This document shows, in pieces, positions 16,866-26,613 of a stretch of DNA of 64,000 nt. The notes beneath the pieces are model-generated. The model worked only from the letters and a program-made list of their open reading frames with translations, did not search any database and was not told the DNA's origin. Within the stretch, counting starts at the first letter, position 1; every line of letters starts with the position of its first letter. Position numbers and translations under genes: made by a program. This DNA comes from Spirochaetes bacterium RBG_16_49_21 (lineage in GTDB: Bacteria > Spirochaetota > UBA4802 > UBA5550), in assembly GCA_001829495.1 (NCBI GenBank), contig MIBJ01000057.1, forward strand, positions 15,453 to 79,452. Reading direction: 5' to 3'.

Positions 16866-18563
16866 ATGGACAACAGTGAAACAAGCAGACCGTCCAATTT
16901 CATCAAGGACATAATCGACGAGGACATAAGGAATAATAAGAACAACGGCCAGGTCGTGACCCGTTTCCCGCCCGAGCCGAACGGCTATCTCCATATCGGC
17001 CACGCGAAATCGATATGCCTTAACTTCGGCCTCGCTGCCGAATACAAGGGCAGGTGCCACCTGCGCATGGACGACACCAATCCGGAGAAGGAGAACGTCG
17101 AATACATCGAGTCCATCATCCGCGACGTGAAGTGGCTCGGATTCGATTGGGGCGAGCACCTCTATTATGCATCGAACTACTTTGAACAGCTCTATCAATG
17201 GGCGCTGCTTCTGATCAAGAAAGGATTGGCCTATGTCTGCGACATGACACCGGAGGAGGTGGCTGCCACGCGCGGCACCCCGACCGTGCCGGGGAAGGAG
17301 AGCCCCGGCCGGAAGCGCGGCGTGGAGGAAAACCTTGACTTGTTCGGCCGGATGCGAGCGGGAGAGTTCCCGGACGGCTCCCGGAGCCTGCGCGCCCGCA
17401 TAGATATGGCCTCGCCCAATATGCAGATGCGCGACCCGGTGCTCTACCGGATCAAGCGCGCCGAGCACCACCGCACCGGCAACGCCTGGTGCATCTATCC
17501 GATATATGATTTCGCCCACGGCCAATCCGATTACATAGAGGGTATCACGCATTCCATCTGCACCCTGGAGTTCGAGGTTCACCGGCCCCTGTATGACTGG
17601 TTCCTGGATCAGATAGCAGAGCCGGGCAGGGTGCGGCCCCGCCAGATCGAGTTTGCGCGGCTCAGCCTGGGCTACACGGTGATGAGCAAGCGGAGGCTTT
17701 TGGAGCTTGTCGAGACCGGGTTCGTGACCGGGTGGGACGATCCGCGGATGCCCACCATCTCCGGCCTGCGGCGCCGGGGCTATACGCCTGAATCTATCCG
17801 CGATTTTGCCGAGCGGATCGGCGTGGCCAAGGCCGACAATATCGTGGATGCGGCGCTTCTCGAGCACTGCCTCAGGGAGCACCTTAACCGGAGAGCACAT
17901 CGGGTCATGGCGGTGCTGAACCCCCTGAAAGTAGTGATCGAGAATTTTCCCGATGGGAAGACCGAGGAGCTTGAAGCGGTCAACAATCCGGAAGACGAAG
18001 CAATGGGGAAGCGTCCTCTTCCTTTTACGCGTACTCTCTACATTGAGCAGGACGACTTCCGCGAGGACCCGCCGTCCAAGTTCTACCGGCTTTCGACCGG
18101 CAGAGAGGTGCGCCTCAAGTTCGCTTATTACATACGGTGTACGGATATCGTCAAGGATTCCAGCGGAACGGTCATCGAGGTGCGGTGCACCTACGATCCG
18201 GAAACACGCGGCGGATGGTCCAAGGACGGTCGCAAGGTAAAAGGAACGATCCACTGGGTCTCGGCGGAGCACGCGCTCCCGGCTGAGGTACGGCTGTATG
18301 ATCACCTGTTTACCGTGTCCGAGCCGGAGAGCTCGAAAAACAGCGCCGGCTACAAGACCTACCTGAACCGGGATTCGCTGAAAGTCCTGCATGGATGCCG
18401 GGTCGAGCGGTCGCTTGCCGGCGCGGCTCCCGGATCGCGGTACCAGTTCGAGAGGATCGGCTATTTTTGCGCAGACGCCGAGGACTCCCGGCCCGACAGG
18501 TTGGTATTCAACAGAACCGTATCCCTGAAGGACTCCTGGGCGAAAATAGAGAAGAAGGCCTGA
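16866..18563 (+). CDS. glnS: Glutaminyl-tRNA synthetase
   Basis: [17 protein letters not shown] (HIGH) and VMSKR (KMSKS). The overall layout is GlnRS rather than GluRS. Confidence 0.9.
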   Translation: MDNSETSRPSNFIKDIIDEDIRNNKNNGQVVTRFPPEPNGYLHIGHAKSICLNFGLAAEYKGRCHLRMDDTNPEKENVEYIESIIRDVKWLGFDWGEHLYYASNYFEQLYQWALLLIKKGLAYVCDMTPEEVAATRGTPTVPGKESPGRKRGVEENLDLFGRMRAGEFPDGSRSLRARIDMASPNMQMRDPVLYRIKRAEHHRTGNAWCIYPIYDFAHGQSDYIEGITHSICTLEFEVHRPLYDWFLDQIAEPGRVRPRQIEFARLSLGYTVMSKRRLLELVETGFVTGWDDPRMPTISGLRRRGYTPESIRDFAERIGVAKADNIVDAALLEHCLREHLNRRAHRVMAVLNPLKVVIENFPDGKTEELEAVNNPEDEAMGKRPLPFTRTLYIEQDDFREDPPSKFYRLSTGREVRLKFAYYIRCTDIVKDSSGTVIEVRCTYDPETRGGWSKDGRKVKGTIHWVSAEHALPAEVRLYDHLFTVSEPESSKNSAGYKTYLNRDSLKVLHGCRVERSLAGAAPGSRYQFERIGYFCADAEDSRPDRLVFNRTVSLKDSWAKIEKKA

Positions 18564-18589
18564 TCGTATTTTGTTGTAACTACTCAGTA

Positions 18590-19366
18590 CTACGGTGCCC
18601 TGTATTCACACGTGAGATTTTGAATTGAGGATACGGCCCGCAGATAGGGGAGCGGCGCCTCGGTTTTAAGGTTGTGGTAGGCGAAGGCTATGTAGCGGTT
18701 GGGGTGCTTTTCCCCGGGCATGGCCGCGTCAACGATGCGCCACTTTCGATCGTGCAATGCCTCGACCCACATATGATAGACGAAGATGTTTTTCCTCCCC
18801 TGGAATGTATCGGTCAAATACATCCCCACCACCGCGCGGGAAGGGATTTTGAGCTTCCGCAAAACGGCGGCCGCGAGCACGCTGTGTTCGGTGCAGTCGC
18901 CCTGCCGGTTTCTGAAGATTTGGGCAGCAGGCATAAGAGGGATTCCCGTCATTTTTTCGCTTATATGCCGGTACACGAAATCCTCGACGGATTTGAGGAT
19001 ATTTCTTGATTTTTTAAATTTTTCCGCGCTCCGGGTTATCTCCGGCGAATCGAGGTTCAGGAACTTCGTGTCTGCCAGATACTGGCAGGTCGATTCATTT
19101 TCAGCCGGGGGCCGGTCGATCATTCCGGTCCGTATCTCGATGATTTTCCTTCCGCCGATGACGCGCTGATTTACGATTTTTTGATAATCGGTTTCAAGAA
19201 GGGCGAAGCCCGCATCGTTCGATGCAAGCCTGAAGCGGGATGCTTTTTCGCTCAATATCCGTTCCGTGAAGTTTTTAACCTTAACGTAATAGTTGAAGGG
19301 ATCGGAAGTGAACGCGGGGAACGCGAGGAGCAGTGACACCATAACGGCTGATGCGCTGTTATTCAA
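18590..19366 (-). CDS. Transglutaminase-like cysteine-protease-fold protein, secreted
   Basis: Catalytic-core pattern RQGDCTEHSVLAAAVLRKLKIPSR ... YHMWVE ... IVDA. N-terminal signal-like segment. Confidence 0.7.
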   Translation of the reverse strand: MNNSASAVMVSLLLAFPAFTSDPFNYYVKVKNFTERILSEKASRFRLASNDAGFALLETDYQKIVNQRVIGGRKIIEIRTGMIDRPPAENESTCQYLADTKFLNLDSPEITRSAEKFKKSRNILKSVEDFVYRHISEKMTGIPLMPAAQIFRNRQGDCTEHSVLAAAVLRKLKIPSRAVVGMYLTDTFQGRKNIFVYHMWVEALHDRKWRIVDAAMPGEKHPNRYIAFAYHNLKTEAPLPYLRAVSSIQNLTCEYRAP

Positions 19367-20045
19367 GAATCAGCTCCAGCTTATTATTCAACATCACGAT
19401 GACGGTCTTTTGCGTGATTCCCCGGTCGTCGATATACGCGTCGATATTTTTCAGATTCTCGATCGAATAGCCCAGGTGCAGCAGGTTCATCATTTTTCCG
19501 CCGATGGAAACTTCCTCTCTGCCGATAACCTTGACCAGAATAAGGACGGGGGTCTCGATGTCCACCGACGGCTCATACACATATCCCTTGATGACCGTGC
19601 CCTCCTTGAATTCCGCTTTTATCAGCTCCTGCATAAAGTAGTTCCCCTCAAGCATGAAGGGCTTGTCTATGGTGATCGTCGATTTTGAATCGCCGGTATC
19701 CAGCTCGACCGCGCTGCCCTTGAACGCGGCTATTGTCTTTATCTCATTGACCCGGCCGTTTTGCGCCATTCTATTATACACCTCCAGCCTGACCGGCTTG
19801 AAATCCCGGGTTTCGGTGACGATCTGGCGCGTCGAATTTTTGATATGCCCTGCGTCAATCTCCATGTCCAGGGTGGATACGTAATTGTTCCCCGCAACCG
19901 CGTTCGATATCGTTGCCGTGCCGATGGCCGCCCCGTTTACCAGAAGCTTGTATTTCCAGGTTCCCGTGGGTATCGTGGTAAGTCTGGTTTGGCAATAGCT
20001 AAGAGCAAGCGTTAAGATAATTAAACTGAGAATTAATTTTTTCAT
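19359..20045 (-). CDS. Hypothetical lipoprotein/secreted protein
   Basis: MKKLILSLIILTLALSYCQ is lipobox-like. It overlaps the gltX stop (ATGA) and the downstream gene by 8 nt, implying one operon. Confidence 0.5.
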   Translation of the reverse strand: MKKLILSLIILTLALSYCQTRLTTIPTGTWKYKLLVNGAAIGTATISNAVAGNNYVSTLDMEIDAGHIKNSTRQIVTETRDFKPVRLEVYNRMAQNGRVNEIKTIAAFKGSAVELDTGDSKSTITIDKPFMLEGNYFMQELIKAEFKEGTVIKGYVYEPSVDIETPVLILVKVIGREEVSIGGKMMNLLHLGYSIENLKNIDAYIDDRGITQKTVIVMLNNKLELILE

Positions 20046-21487
20046 GGAATACCTTTACCATACCGCTCATAGCAGTACTCGATCCTCTTTTTGCAGCGGT
20101 CAAAACCGATGAGCGGCAGAGCCTGGTCGAGCTCCGGCCCTTTCTGCCTGCCGGTTATGATAGCCCTGAGGGGCATGAACAGGCTCTTTCCCTTCAGGGA
20201 AGTGGGCATCCGGGTGATCAGGCTGGAGAAGAAGTTCGTCTCGTTTATTTCGCTCTGTATAAACTGATAGGCCGCTCTGGCGACTTGTATCCCTTCATCG
20301 GTTTTGAGGATTGAATCGGCCTCTTCATCCGGGGTGCATATCTCATCAAGGAAGATGCCGATCAGCCTGCCGATATCGGACAGGAGATCGCAGTATTTCC
20401 GCAAAATGGACACGATATTTTCCAGATGGCGCCGGTCAACGGTTTCAACGGCGTATCCCGCCCGCGCGATATGCGGAATAAAGAGATCGGTGAGTGCATC
20501 AAGCTCGTACTTGCGTATATATATGCCGTTCATCCATTTGAGCTTCTGGAAGTCGAATATGGGTGAATTCTTGGAAAGTTTTGAGAGGTCGATCTGGCTC
20601 ATGATCTGTTCAGGCTGAAGGATCTCCTCACCGCCTTCTGCGGCCCAGCCGAGCATGGCCAGGTAATTGAACAGCGCCTCGGACAGGTATCCCTGGCTCC
20701 GGTACGTCTCCACCGAGGTGATGCCGTGGCGCTTGGACAGCTTGGCCCGGTCGGGTCCCAGGATAAGGGTGTGGTGCGCATACTCCGGCTCCGGCAGACC
20801 GAGGCTGCGCGCGACGAGTATCTGCTTCGGCGTGTTCGAGAGATGATCGTCGCCGCGGATCACATGGGTTATCTTCATAAGCGCGTCGTCGATAATGACT
20901 ATGTAGTTGAATACCGGGATCCCGTCGGATCTGACTATGATGAAGTCGCCGCCGATATTGCTCGTATTGAACTGGACGGCGCCCTTGATCCCGTCCTGAA
21001 CGGTCAGGGATATGTTGTCGGGAACCCTGAATCTGACGGTCGGCTTTCTTCCCTCCCGCTCGAAATCCTCTCTCTGCTTCTCGGTGAGGCTGCGGCACTT
21101 GCCGCTGTATATGTAGGATTCCGCCCCTTGATCCGGAGCTTTCTTCATCTCTTCGAGCTCCTCTCTGGTGCAGTAGCAGTAATAGGCCTTTTTTTCGCTG
21201 AGGAGCCGGTCGGTATAGGTGCGGTAGATATCAAGCCGCTCCGACTGCCGGTAGGGGCCGTATCCGCCGTCCCTGTCCGGGCCCTCGTCCCATTTGATGC
21301 CGAGCCATGCCAGATCCCGCATGATCGATTGCTCGGACTCCGTGCTGCTTCGCTCCCTGTCCGTATCCTCGATCCTGAGGATCATTATCGCATTGTTTTT
21401 TTTCGCGATGAGATAATTGATGATGGCGGTCCGGGCGTTGCCCACGTGGAGGAATCCGGTGGGGCTCGGAGCAAATCTGACTCTCAT
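20042..21487 (-). CDS. gltX: Glutamyl-tRNA synthetase
   Basis: MRVRFAPSPTGFLHVGNARTA (HIGH-like) and KLSKRHG (KMSKS). Confidence 0.9.
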   Translation of the reverse strand: MRVRFAPSPTGFLHVGNARTAIINYLIAKKNNAIMILRIEDTDRERSSTESEQSIMRDLAWLGIKWDEGPDRDGGYGPYRQSERLDIYRTYTDRLLSEKKAYYCYCTREELEEMKKAPDQGAESYIYSGKCRSLTEKQREDFEREGRKPTVRFRVPDNISLTVQDGIKGAVQFNTSNIGGDFIIVRSDGIPVFNYIVIIDDALMKITHVIRGDDHLSNTPKQILVARSLGLPEPEYAHHTLILGPDRAKLSKRHGITSVETYRSQGYLSEALFNYLAMLGWAAEGGEEILQPEQIMSQIDLSKLSKNSPIFDFQKLKWMNGIYIRKYELDALTDLFIPHIARAGYAVETVDRRHLENIVSILRKYCDLLSDIGRLIGIFLDEICTPDEEADSILKTDEGIQVARAAYQFIQSEINETNFFSSLITRMPTSLKGKSLFMPLRAIITGRQKGPELDQALPLIGFDRCKKRIEYCYERYGKGIP

Positions 21488-21499
21488 GACGGAAATCCT

Positions 21500-21733
21500 T
21501 TAATAGTCATACAGATTTGAAGACATTGTCCTGGTAGCGATTTCTTTCGTATCGCGCTCGATTAGGTTGACCAGCTTCTGGATCTTGTCCACCGTGTCTT
21601 CGTCGAAGAGGACCTTGTCGCACCTGGTGCATTTATGGGCAGGTATATTGTCGATGATCAGGGAGAAATACTTTTTGCTCACCCGATATGAACTTTTGCC
21701 GTCGAGGAGGGCGCCTCCGCAATCGCAATCCAT
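21500..21733 (-). CDS. YgiT-type (MqsA N-domain-like) zinc-finger protein without HTH domain
   Basis: CDC ... C-x2-C (HKCTRCDKVLFDEDTV) pattern in 77 aa. It lies 12 nt upstream of gltX on the same strand. Confidence 0.6.
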   Translation of the reverse strand: MDCDCGGALLDGKSSYRVSKKYFSLIIDNIPAHKCTRCDKVLFDEDTVDKIQKLVNLIERDTKEIATRTMSSNLYDY

Positions 21734-21772
21734 AATGTACTCCTGTTATTATTAGACTAGCTGTATGATTAA

Positions 21773-21800
21773 ATTATAATTGTCAAGAATTTCTTGACAA
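21773..21800 (-). promoter_or_regulatory. Candidate sigma70 promoter (TTGTCA-16-TATAAT) overlapped by a 21-bp perfect palindrome
   Basis: Minus strand reads TTGTCAAGAAATTCTTGACAATTATAAT. The palindrome TTGTCAAGAATTTCTTGACAA spans 21780-21800. The -10 box lies about 40 nt upstream of the zinc-finger gene ATG. Confidence 0.5.
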
Positions 21801-21852
21801 AATAATTTTGTTTCTCAATATCTGCTCAACGTTCTTTGTTCGTTATTCATCT

Positions 21853-22026
21853 TTACCCGCATTTTTCAATCGAGCTTCTCGGCCCCCTAAATCCCCCGGA
21901 GGGGGACTTGGAGAGTAGGTATTATTATAAAGAAATATATTAAAATGATATTATTATTGCTCTTAGAAAGCAATATTAGCCCCCCACCGGGGGGTTGGGG
22001 GGCATGAGAGAATGAGATGCGGGTAA
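21853..22026. mobile_element. Family-1 MITE-like element (short, uninterrupted copy)
   Basis: 10-bp termini TTACCCGCAT / ATGCGGGTAA. The right 48 nt are near-identical to 5475-5523. It contains the uninterrupted GGCCCCCTAAATCCCCCGGAGGGGGACTT module. Confidence 0.6.
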
Positions 22027-22088
22027 TGGGTAGCAATGGGTTGGGGGTCTTAATAATTGAAACAGCTCGCGGAAGAGGTTAGAGAAGC

Positions 22089-22844
22089 ATGGATATAAAT
22101 ATAGTAAAGGCAGCCGAGATTCTTCAGAGTGCCCGGTACGCTATCGCATTGACCGGCGCGGGGATCTCGACTGAAAGCGGCATACCGGATTTCCGGAGCA
22201 GGGGAGGGCTGTGGGAAAAATATGATCCTGCCGAGTACGCAACCATCCAGGCTTTCTGCTCCGACCCGGAGAAGGTGTGGCGGATGCTCTTCGACATGTC
22301 GGAAATCACCCGAAACGCGCGGCCGAATCCCGGGCACAGAGCCCTGGCCGAGCTGGAAAAGCTCGGCGTACTCAAGCATGTCATCACCCAGAACATCGAC
22401 AATCTTCATCAGGAGGCGGGAAGCAAAAGCGTGATCGAATATCACGGCAACGCGAGTCGTCTTGAGTGTTTGAGCTGCGGCGAGCAGTACCAGCGGGAGC
22501 AATTCGCCGCCGCTCTGCTCGGCGAGAGGACGCCGCCGCGCTGCGGGAAGTGCAACGAAATACTGAAGCCCTCGGTTATCTTTTTCGGCGAGACGATACC
22601 CCCGGACGCCCTGGCCCGCTCCCAGGAAGCGGCACAGAAGGCGGATGCGGTTCTGGTCGTCGGCACCTCGGCCGTCGTGTACCCGGCTGCCGGGATACCC
22701 CTCATTGCCAAACAGAATAACGCCGCCATAATCGAATGCAACACCGAGCACACCGGCCTCACCGGCTATGCAACGGATATCTTCATTCTCGGCATGGCGG
22801 GCACGACCCTTCCCGAGCTACTCCGGCAGATACAATCCTCCTAG
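22089..22844 (+). CDS. cobB: NAD-dependent protein deacylase (Sir2 family)
   Basis: GAGISTESGIPDFRS, QNIDNLH and the Zn ribbon CLSCG...CGKC. Confidence 0.85.
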   Translation: MDINIVKAAEILQSARYAIALTGAGISTESGIPDFRSRGGLWEKYDPAEYATIQAFCSDPEKVWRMLFDMSEITRNARPNPGHRALAELEKLGVLKHVITQNIDNLHQEAGSKSVIEYHGNASRLECLSCGEQYQREQFAAALLGERTPPRCGKCNEILKPSVIFFGETIPPDALARSQEAAQKADAVLVVGTSAVVYPAAGIPLIAKQNNAAIIECNTEHTGLTGYATDIFILGMAGTTLPELLRQIQSS

Positions 22845-22853
22845 GGGCCGTCC

Positions 22854-24575
22854 TTGGAACGAATCAGGATATTACCGGACGCCGTACAAAAAAAAATAGC
22901 CGCGGGTGAGGTGGTGGAAGCCCCCTTTTCGGTTGTAAAAGAGCTGGTCGAGAATTCCATCGACGCCGGAGCCACGCAGGTCGACATCCAGGTTTCAGAA
23001 GGGGGTCTTAAAAAGATAGTCGTCCGTGATAACGGCAGCGGCATCCATCATGATGATATGTCCCTGGCTGTTGCCGAGCATGCCACCAGCAAGATCAGGG
23101 ATATCCATGACATCGAGCGTATCGGATCGTACGGATTCAGGGGTGAGGCCCTGTCGAGCATATCCGCGGTTTCCCGGATTACCATCCTGTCGAGAAGGGC
23201 GGAGGACGAGGCGGGAGCGCGCCTTTACGGAACCGAGGCCGGGTTTGAGACCACCGGATATGCGGGAGCGGCGGGCACGACCGTCATCGTGGAAAACCTG
23301 TTTTATAATATTCCGGCGAGAAAAAAATTCCTCAAATCGATGCGCTCGGAGCTTCGCGCCATCAGGGAAACGATTCTCAAGATCGCAATCCCCCATCCGC
23401 ACATCGCCTTCACCCTGGAGGCTGATGACGGCCGCCGGATCACGCTGGGCAAAGCCGAAAGCATCGGCCGACGGATTGAGCAGATATACGGCACAGGCAT
23501 CATGAATGATCTCTGCTTCGTCCGGCTCAAGGATCTGAAGATTGCGGCAAGCGGCTTTTTCTCCAAGCCGCATTTCCTGAAGTCCTCCCGCTCGATGCAG
23601 ATTCTGTACGTGAACAAGAGAGCGGTGGAATACAAATATCTCGGCTTTATCATCACCAGGGCATATGAGGCTGTTGCCGTTAAAGGCAAATACCCGGCAG
23701 GGATCATCTTCCTTGATCTGGACCCGGGGCTGGTGGATGTCAACATCCATCCGGCGAAAAGGGAGGTGAAGCTTTTTGACCGGCGCTATATCGAGCAGCT
23801 CATCACCGGCCTGGCGGAAAAGGCCTTGAGCCGGGAGCATACGGTTCAGGACCGGCTCTTCATCCCTTCTGAAGCGGAACAAGGCGCCCCGCATCCGATA
23901 GAAGGGGAGTCCGCGCCGGAGCGACCCGGGTTTTCCTCGTCTTCCGCTCAGGATGCCGTACCGCCGCCGCTCGTGAGGGAGCCGGCTGAATTATACCATG
24001 ACGTTGAAGAAAGCAAGAGGGGAAAAATTTTAGGCATAGCCTTCGGCGCCTATGTTGTTTGTGAGAGGAACGATTCCATTTTTTTTATAGATTTTCACGC
24101 TGCACACGAGCGGGTTATCTACGACTCCCTTGTCCGGAGGGGAGAGAAATTCGAGAGCCAGGCTCTCGTGTTTCCCGTGATACTGGAGCTCCCCATTCAG
24201 GATCATGCGCTCCTTCTTGAAAATATTGAAAAATTTTCAGAAATAGGATTTGACATCGAGGATTTTTCCGATTATTCGATAAAGATAAGCGCCGTTCCCG
24301 CTCTCGCGGGGGAAGCGGATATATCCGGGATATTCAGGGATTTTTTCACATCGCTCCATGATGAGCGCGAGCCCGGCGGCGTTTCAGACAAGATCGCGGC
24401 AGCTGTCGCGTGTCATGCGGCGAAGCGGGCGGGCGACCGGCTGACGCATGAGGATACTGACCTGCTGGTCGGCTTGATATTCAGGGAGGGTGTCGTGCTC
24501 CGGTGCCCCCATGGAAGGCCTTTTGTTTACCGGATCGACCGGCACGATATCGAAAGGATGTTCAAACGCTCATGA
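22854..24575 (+). CDS. mutL: DNA mismatch repair protein MutL
   Basis: IRILPDAVQKKIAAGEVVEAPFSVVKELVENSIDAGAT and a GHKL N-domain. TTG start. Confidence 0.9.
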   Translation: MERIRILPDAVQKKIAAGEVVEAPFSVVKELVENSIDAGATQVDIQVSEGGLKKIVVRDNGSGIHHDDMSLAVAEHATSKIRDIHDIERIGSYGFRGEALSSISAVSRITILSRRAEDEAGARLYGTEAGFETTGYAGAAGTTVIVENLFYNIPARKKFLKSMRSELRAIRETILKIAIPHPHIAFTLEADDGRRITLGKAESIGRRIEQIYGTGIMNDLCFVRLKDLKIAASGFFSKPHFLKSSRSMQILYVNKRAVEYKYLGFIITRAYEAVAVKGKYPAGIIFLDLDPGLVDVNIHPAKREVKLFDRRYIEQLITGLAEKALSREHTVQDRLFIPSEAEQGAPHPIEGESAPERPGFSSSSAQDAVPPPLVREPAELYHDVEESKRGKILGIAFGAYVVCERNDSIFFIDFHAAHERVIYDSLVRRGEKFESQALVFPVILELPIQDHALLLENIEKFSEIGFDIEDFSDYSIKISAVPALAGEADISGIFRDFFTSLHDEREPGGVSDKIAAAVACHAAKRAGDRLTHEDTDLLVGLIFREGVVLRCPHGRPFVYRIDRHDIERMFKRS

Positions 24576-25102
24576 AAAAAATAATCCTCGGCATTACATC
24601 GTCCATTGCGGCCTATAAAGCCTGCGACCTGATACGGCTTTTCGTAAAGGGAGGGTATGATGTTCATGCGGTGGCCACCGAGCATGCGCTCAACCTGGTC
24701 TCCCCCCTCGCCCTTGAGGTTCTTTCGGGGAATCCGGTCTACTCCTCCCCGTATCCCGAGGAGCGGCGGGAGATGCAGCATATTGAGCTCAAGACGGACG
24801 CGTCTCTCCTGCTGGTAATGCCGGCGACCGCGAACATCATCGGCAAGTTCGCCCACGGCATCGCCGATGATGTTCTCTCCACCACATTCCTTTCCGTCAC
24901 CTGCCCGGTGCTCATCGCGCCTGCCATGAACCCGAACATGTACAATCACCCGGCGGTGCAGGAGAACATGGCGAAGCTCAAATCCTGGGGCGTGAAGTTC
25001 ATAGGCCCTGTTTTCGGCGAAGTCGTGTGCGGAGACGAGGGCGCGGGAAAGCTTGCCGATATAGAGACTATATACCGGGCTGCGGCCGATGCTGTTGCGT
25101 GA
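24572..25102 (+). CDS. coaC: Phosphopantothenoylcysteine decarboxylase (CoaC flavoprotein domain as a separate ORF)
   Basis: KKIILGITSSIAAYKACDLIR and PATANIIGKFAHGIADD. Its ATG overlaps the mutL stop (ATGA). Confidence 0.8.
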   Translation: MKKIILGITSSIAAYKACDLIRLFVKGGYDVHAVATEHALNLVSPLALEVLSGNPVYSSPYPEERREMQHIELKTDASLLLVMPATANIIGKFAHGIADDVLSTTFLSVTCPVLIAPAMNPNMYNHPAVQENMAKLKSWGVKFIGPVFGEVVCGDEGAGKLADIETIYRAAADAVA

Positions 25103-25769
25103 GCGAAAGGTAATCGTCACCGGAGGACCGACGCGCGAGTGGCTCGATCCTATCCGCTTCATATCGAATCCTTCAAGCGGCAAGATGGGCGTGGCCCTGG
25201 CGGATGAAAGCCTCCGCCGGGCACGAGAAGCCGTATTCATATACGGGCCGATCGATGCGGCCCTGGTTTCAAACAAGAGATTCCGCGCCGTGCCCGTTGA
25301 TACCACCGAGGAGATGCTCGCTGCGGTCAGAAAAGAGATAGAAGAAAACGCGGTGGTCATCATGGCGGCGGCTCCCGCGGATTTTGCGCCGGTGAAAAAA
25401 TCAGGACAAAAGATTAAAAAGACCGACCGGCTCTTCAGCATCGAGTTTACCAAGACCCCGGATATTCTCAAAGAGCTGAAAGAGATGAGAAGCAAAGAAC
25501 TGATACGGAATCTCTTTACCGTAGGTTTTGCGGCGGAGACGGAGAATGTGGAGAAATACGCGCTGAACAAGCTCACCGAAAAGCACCTGGACATGATCTG
25601 CCTTAACGACGTGTCGCAAAAGGGCGCCGGCTTCGGCACGGATACGAACATAATCACCATCTTTGTGAAGGACGGCTCGCGGCTCGAGCTTCCCATGATG
25701 TCCAAACAGGAGGCTGCCGCCCGGATACTTGATGAGATCGAGAACCGCCTGCCCCGATATCTGATCTGA
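25089..25769 (+). CDS. coaB: Phosphopantothenate-cysteine ligase (CoaB domain as a separate ORF)
   Basis: VTGGPTREWLDPIRFISNPSSGKMG, FAAETE and ICLNDVS. It overlaps the coaC 3' end by 14 nt in another frame. Confidence 0.8.
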   Translation: MLLRERKVIVTGGPTREWLDPIRFISNPSSGKMGVALADESLRRAREAVFIYGPIDAALVSNKRFRAVPVDTTEEMLAAVRKEIEENAVVIMAAAPADFAPVKKSGQKIKKTDRLFSIEFTKTPDILKELKEMRSKELIRNLFTVGFAAETENVEKYALNKLTEKHLDMICLNDVSQKGAGFGTDTNIITIFVKDGSRLELPMMSKQEAAARILDEIENRLPRYLI

Positions 25770-25788
25770 TCATACGAAGGAGGTGCCT

Positions 25789-26610
25789 ATGTACCGGAGA
25801 AAACCCGCAGTCGCCGGATCCTTCTATCCCTCAAATCCGGAGAAGCTGGGGAAGATGATCGACGCTTATCTTCAAGACGCCAAGGCCGCGCCGGTCAAGG
25901 GCGGGGTCGTGGGGCTTGTTTCCCCCCATGCCGGCTACATCTATTCCGGGCCCGTGGCCGCCGTTTCTTTCGTCCAGCTTTTGGGCTCGGGCGTGACCCT
26001 CGCGATTATCCTGGCTCCCCCGCACCGGGCCCGCTTCAACGGCGCCTCGGTATTGCCCGAAGGGATATATGAAACCCCCCTCGGCGATGTTCCGATCGAC
26101 GGCGGGATCGGCGCTGTCCTGAGACAAGCCCGCTATTTCGGCGCCATCAAGGAGGCTCATGAAATGGAGCATTCCCTTGAGGTGCAGGTGCCGTTTCTCC
26201 AGAAGGTGCTGGTGGAGCTCTCGATCGTCCCCGTTATCGTGGGATCGACGGACATCGCCGTGTGCGGCAAGGTCGCGGAGGGGATCCGCGACGCCCTGGC
26301 CGGTGAAGCGAGAAAATTCGTCGTGGTGATATCCACCGACCTGTCGCACTATTATTCCTATGGGGCGGCCCAGGCGATGGACAACCGGTTCATAGAGGCG
26401 CTGAAGAGCTTTGACGCACAAGAAGTGAAAAGCGTGATCGACAGCGGCGCGGCAGAGGCATGCGGTGAGGGGCCGGTCCTGGCCGGCATGATTCTCTGTA
26501 AGATGCTGGGCGCCACCAAGACGGAGATACTCAAATACGCAAATTCCGGGGATACCGCAGGCGGCAGGGATCAGGTGGTGGGATACCTGTCCGCGGCGCT
26601 GGTAAAATAG
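25789..26610 (+). CDS. Memo-like protein (AmmeMemoRadiSam system protein B family)
   Basis: AGSFYP...SPHAGYIYSGPVAA and DLSHYY. ATG at 25789 follows GAAGGAGG. Confidence 0.8.
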   Translation: MYRRKPAVAGSFYPSNPEKLGKMIDAYLQDAKAAPVKGGVVGLVSPHAGYIYSGPVAAVSFVQLLGSGVTLAIILAPPHRARFNGASVLPEGIYETPLGDVPIDGGIGAVLRQARYFGAIKEAHEMEHSLEVQVPFLQKVLVELSIVPVIVGSTDIAVCGKVAEGIRDALAGEARKFVVVISTDLSHYYSYGAAQAMDNRFIEALKSFDAQEVKSVIDSGAAEACGEGPVLAGMILCKMLGATKTEILKYANSGDTAGGRDQVVGYLSAALVK

Positions 26611-26613
26611 GTC

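Noticed and set aside
16863-18392. Very long antisense ORFs opposite well-supported genes. Examples: 509 aa opposite glnS; also 888..1754 and 1189..2046 opposite gabD, 24527..25705 opposite coaC/coaB, 22995..23894 opposite mutL, 29647..30420 and 30481..31218 opposite ahcY, 35399..36328 opposite leuA, 55344..56261 and 56478..57065 opposite glgP, and 47491..48099 opposite atpD.
   Set aside because: - Their translations are Arg/Gly/Pro/His-rich low-complexity sequence with no motifs.
- The opposite strand in each case encodes a highly conserved housekeeping protein.
- Open antisense frames are expected in GC-rich coding DNA.
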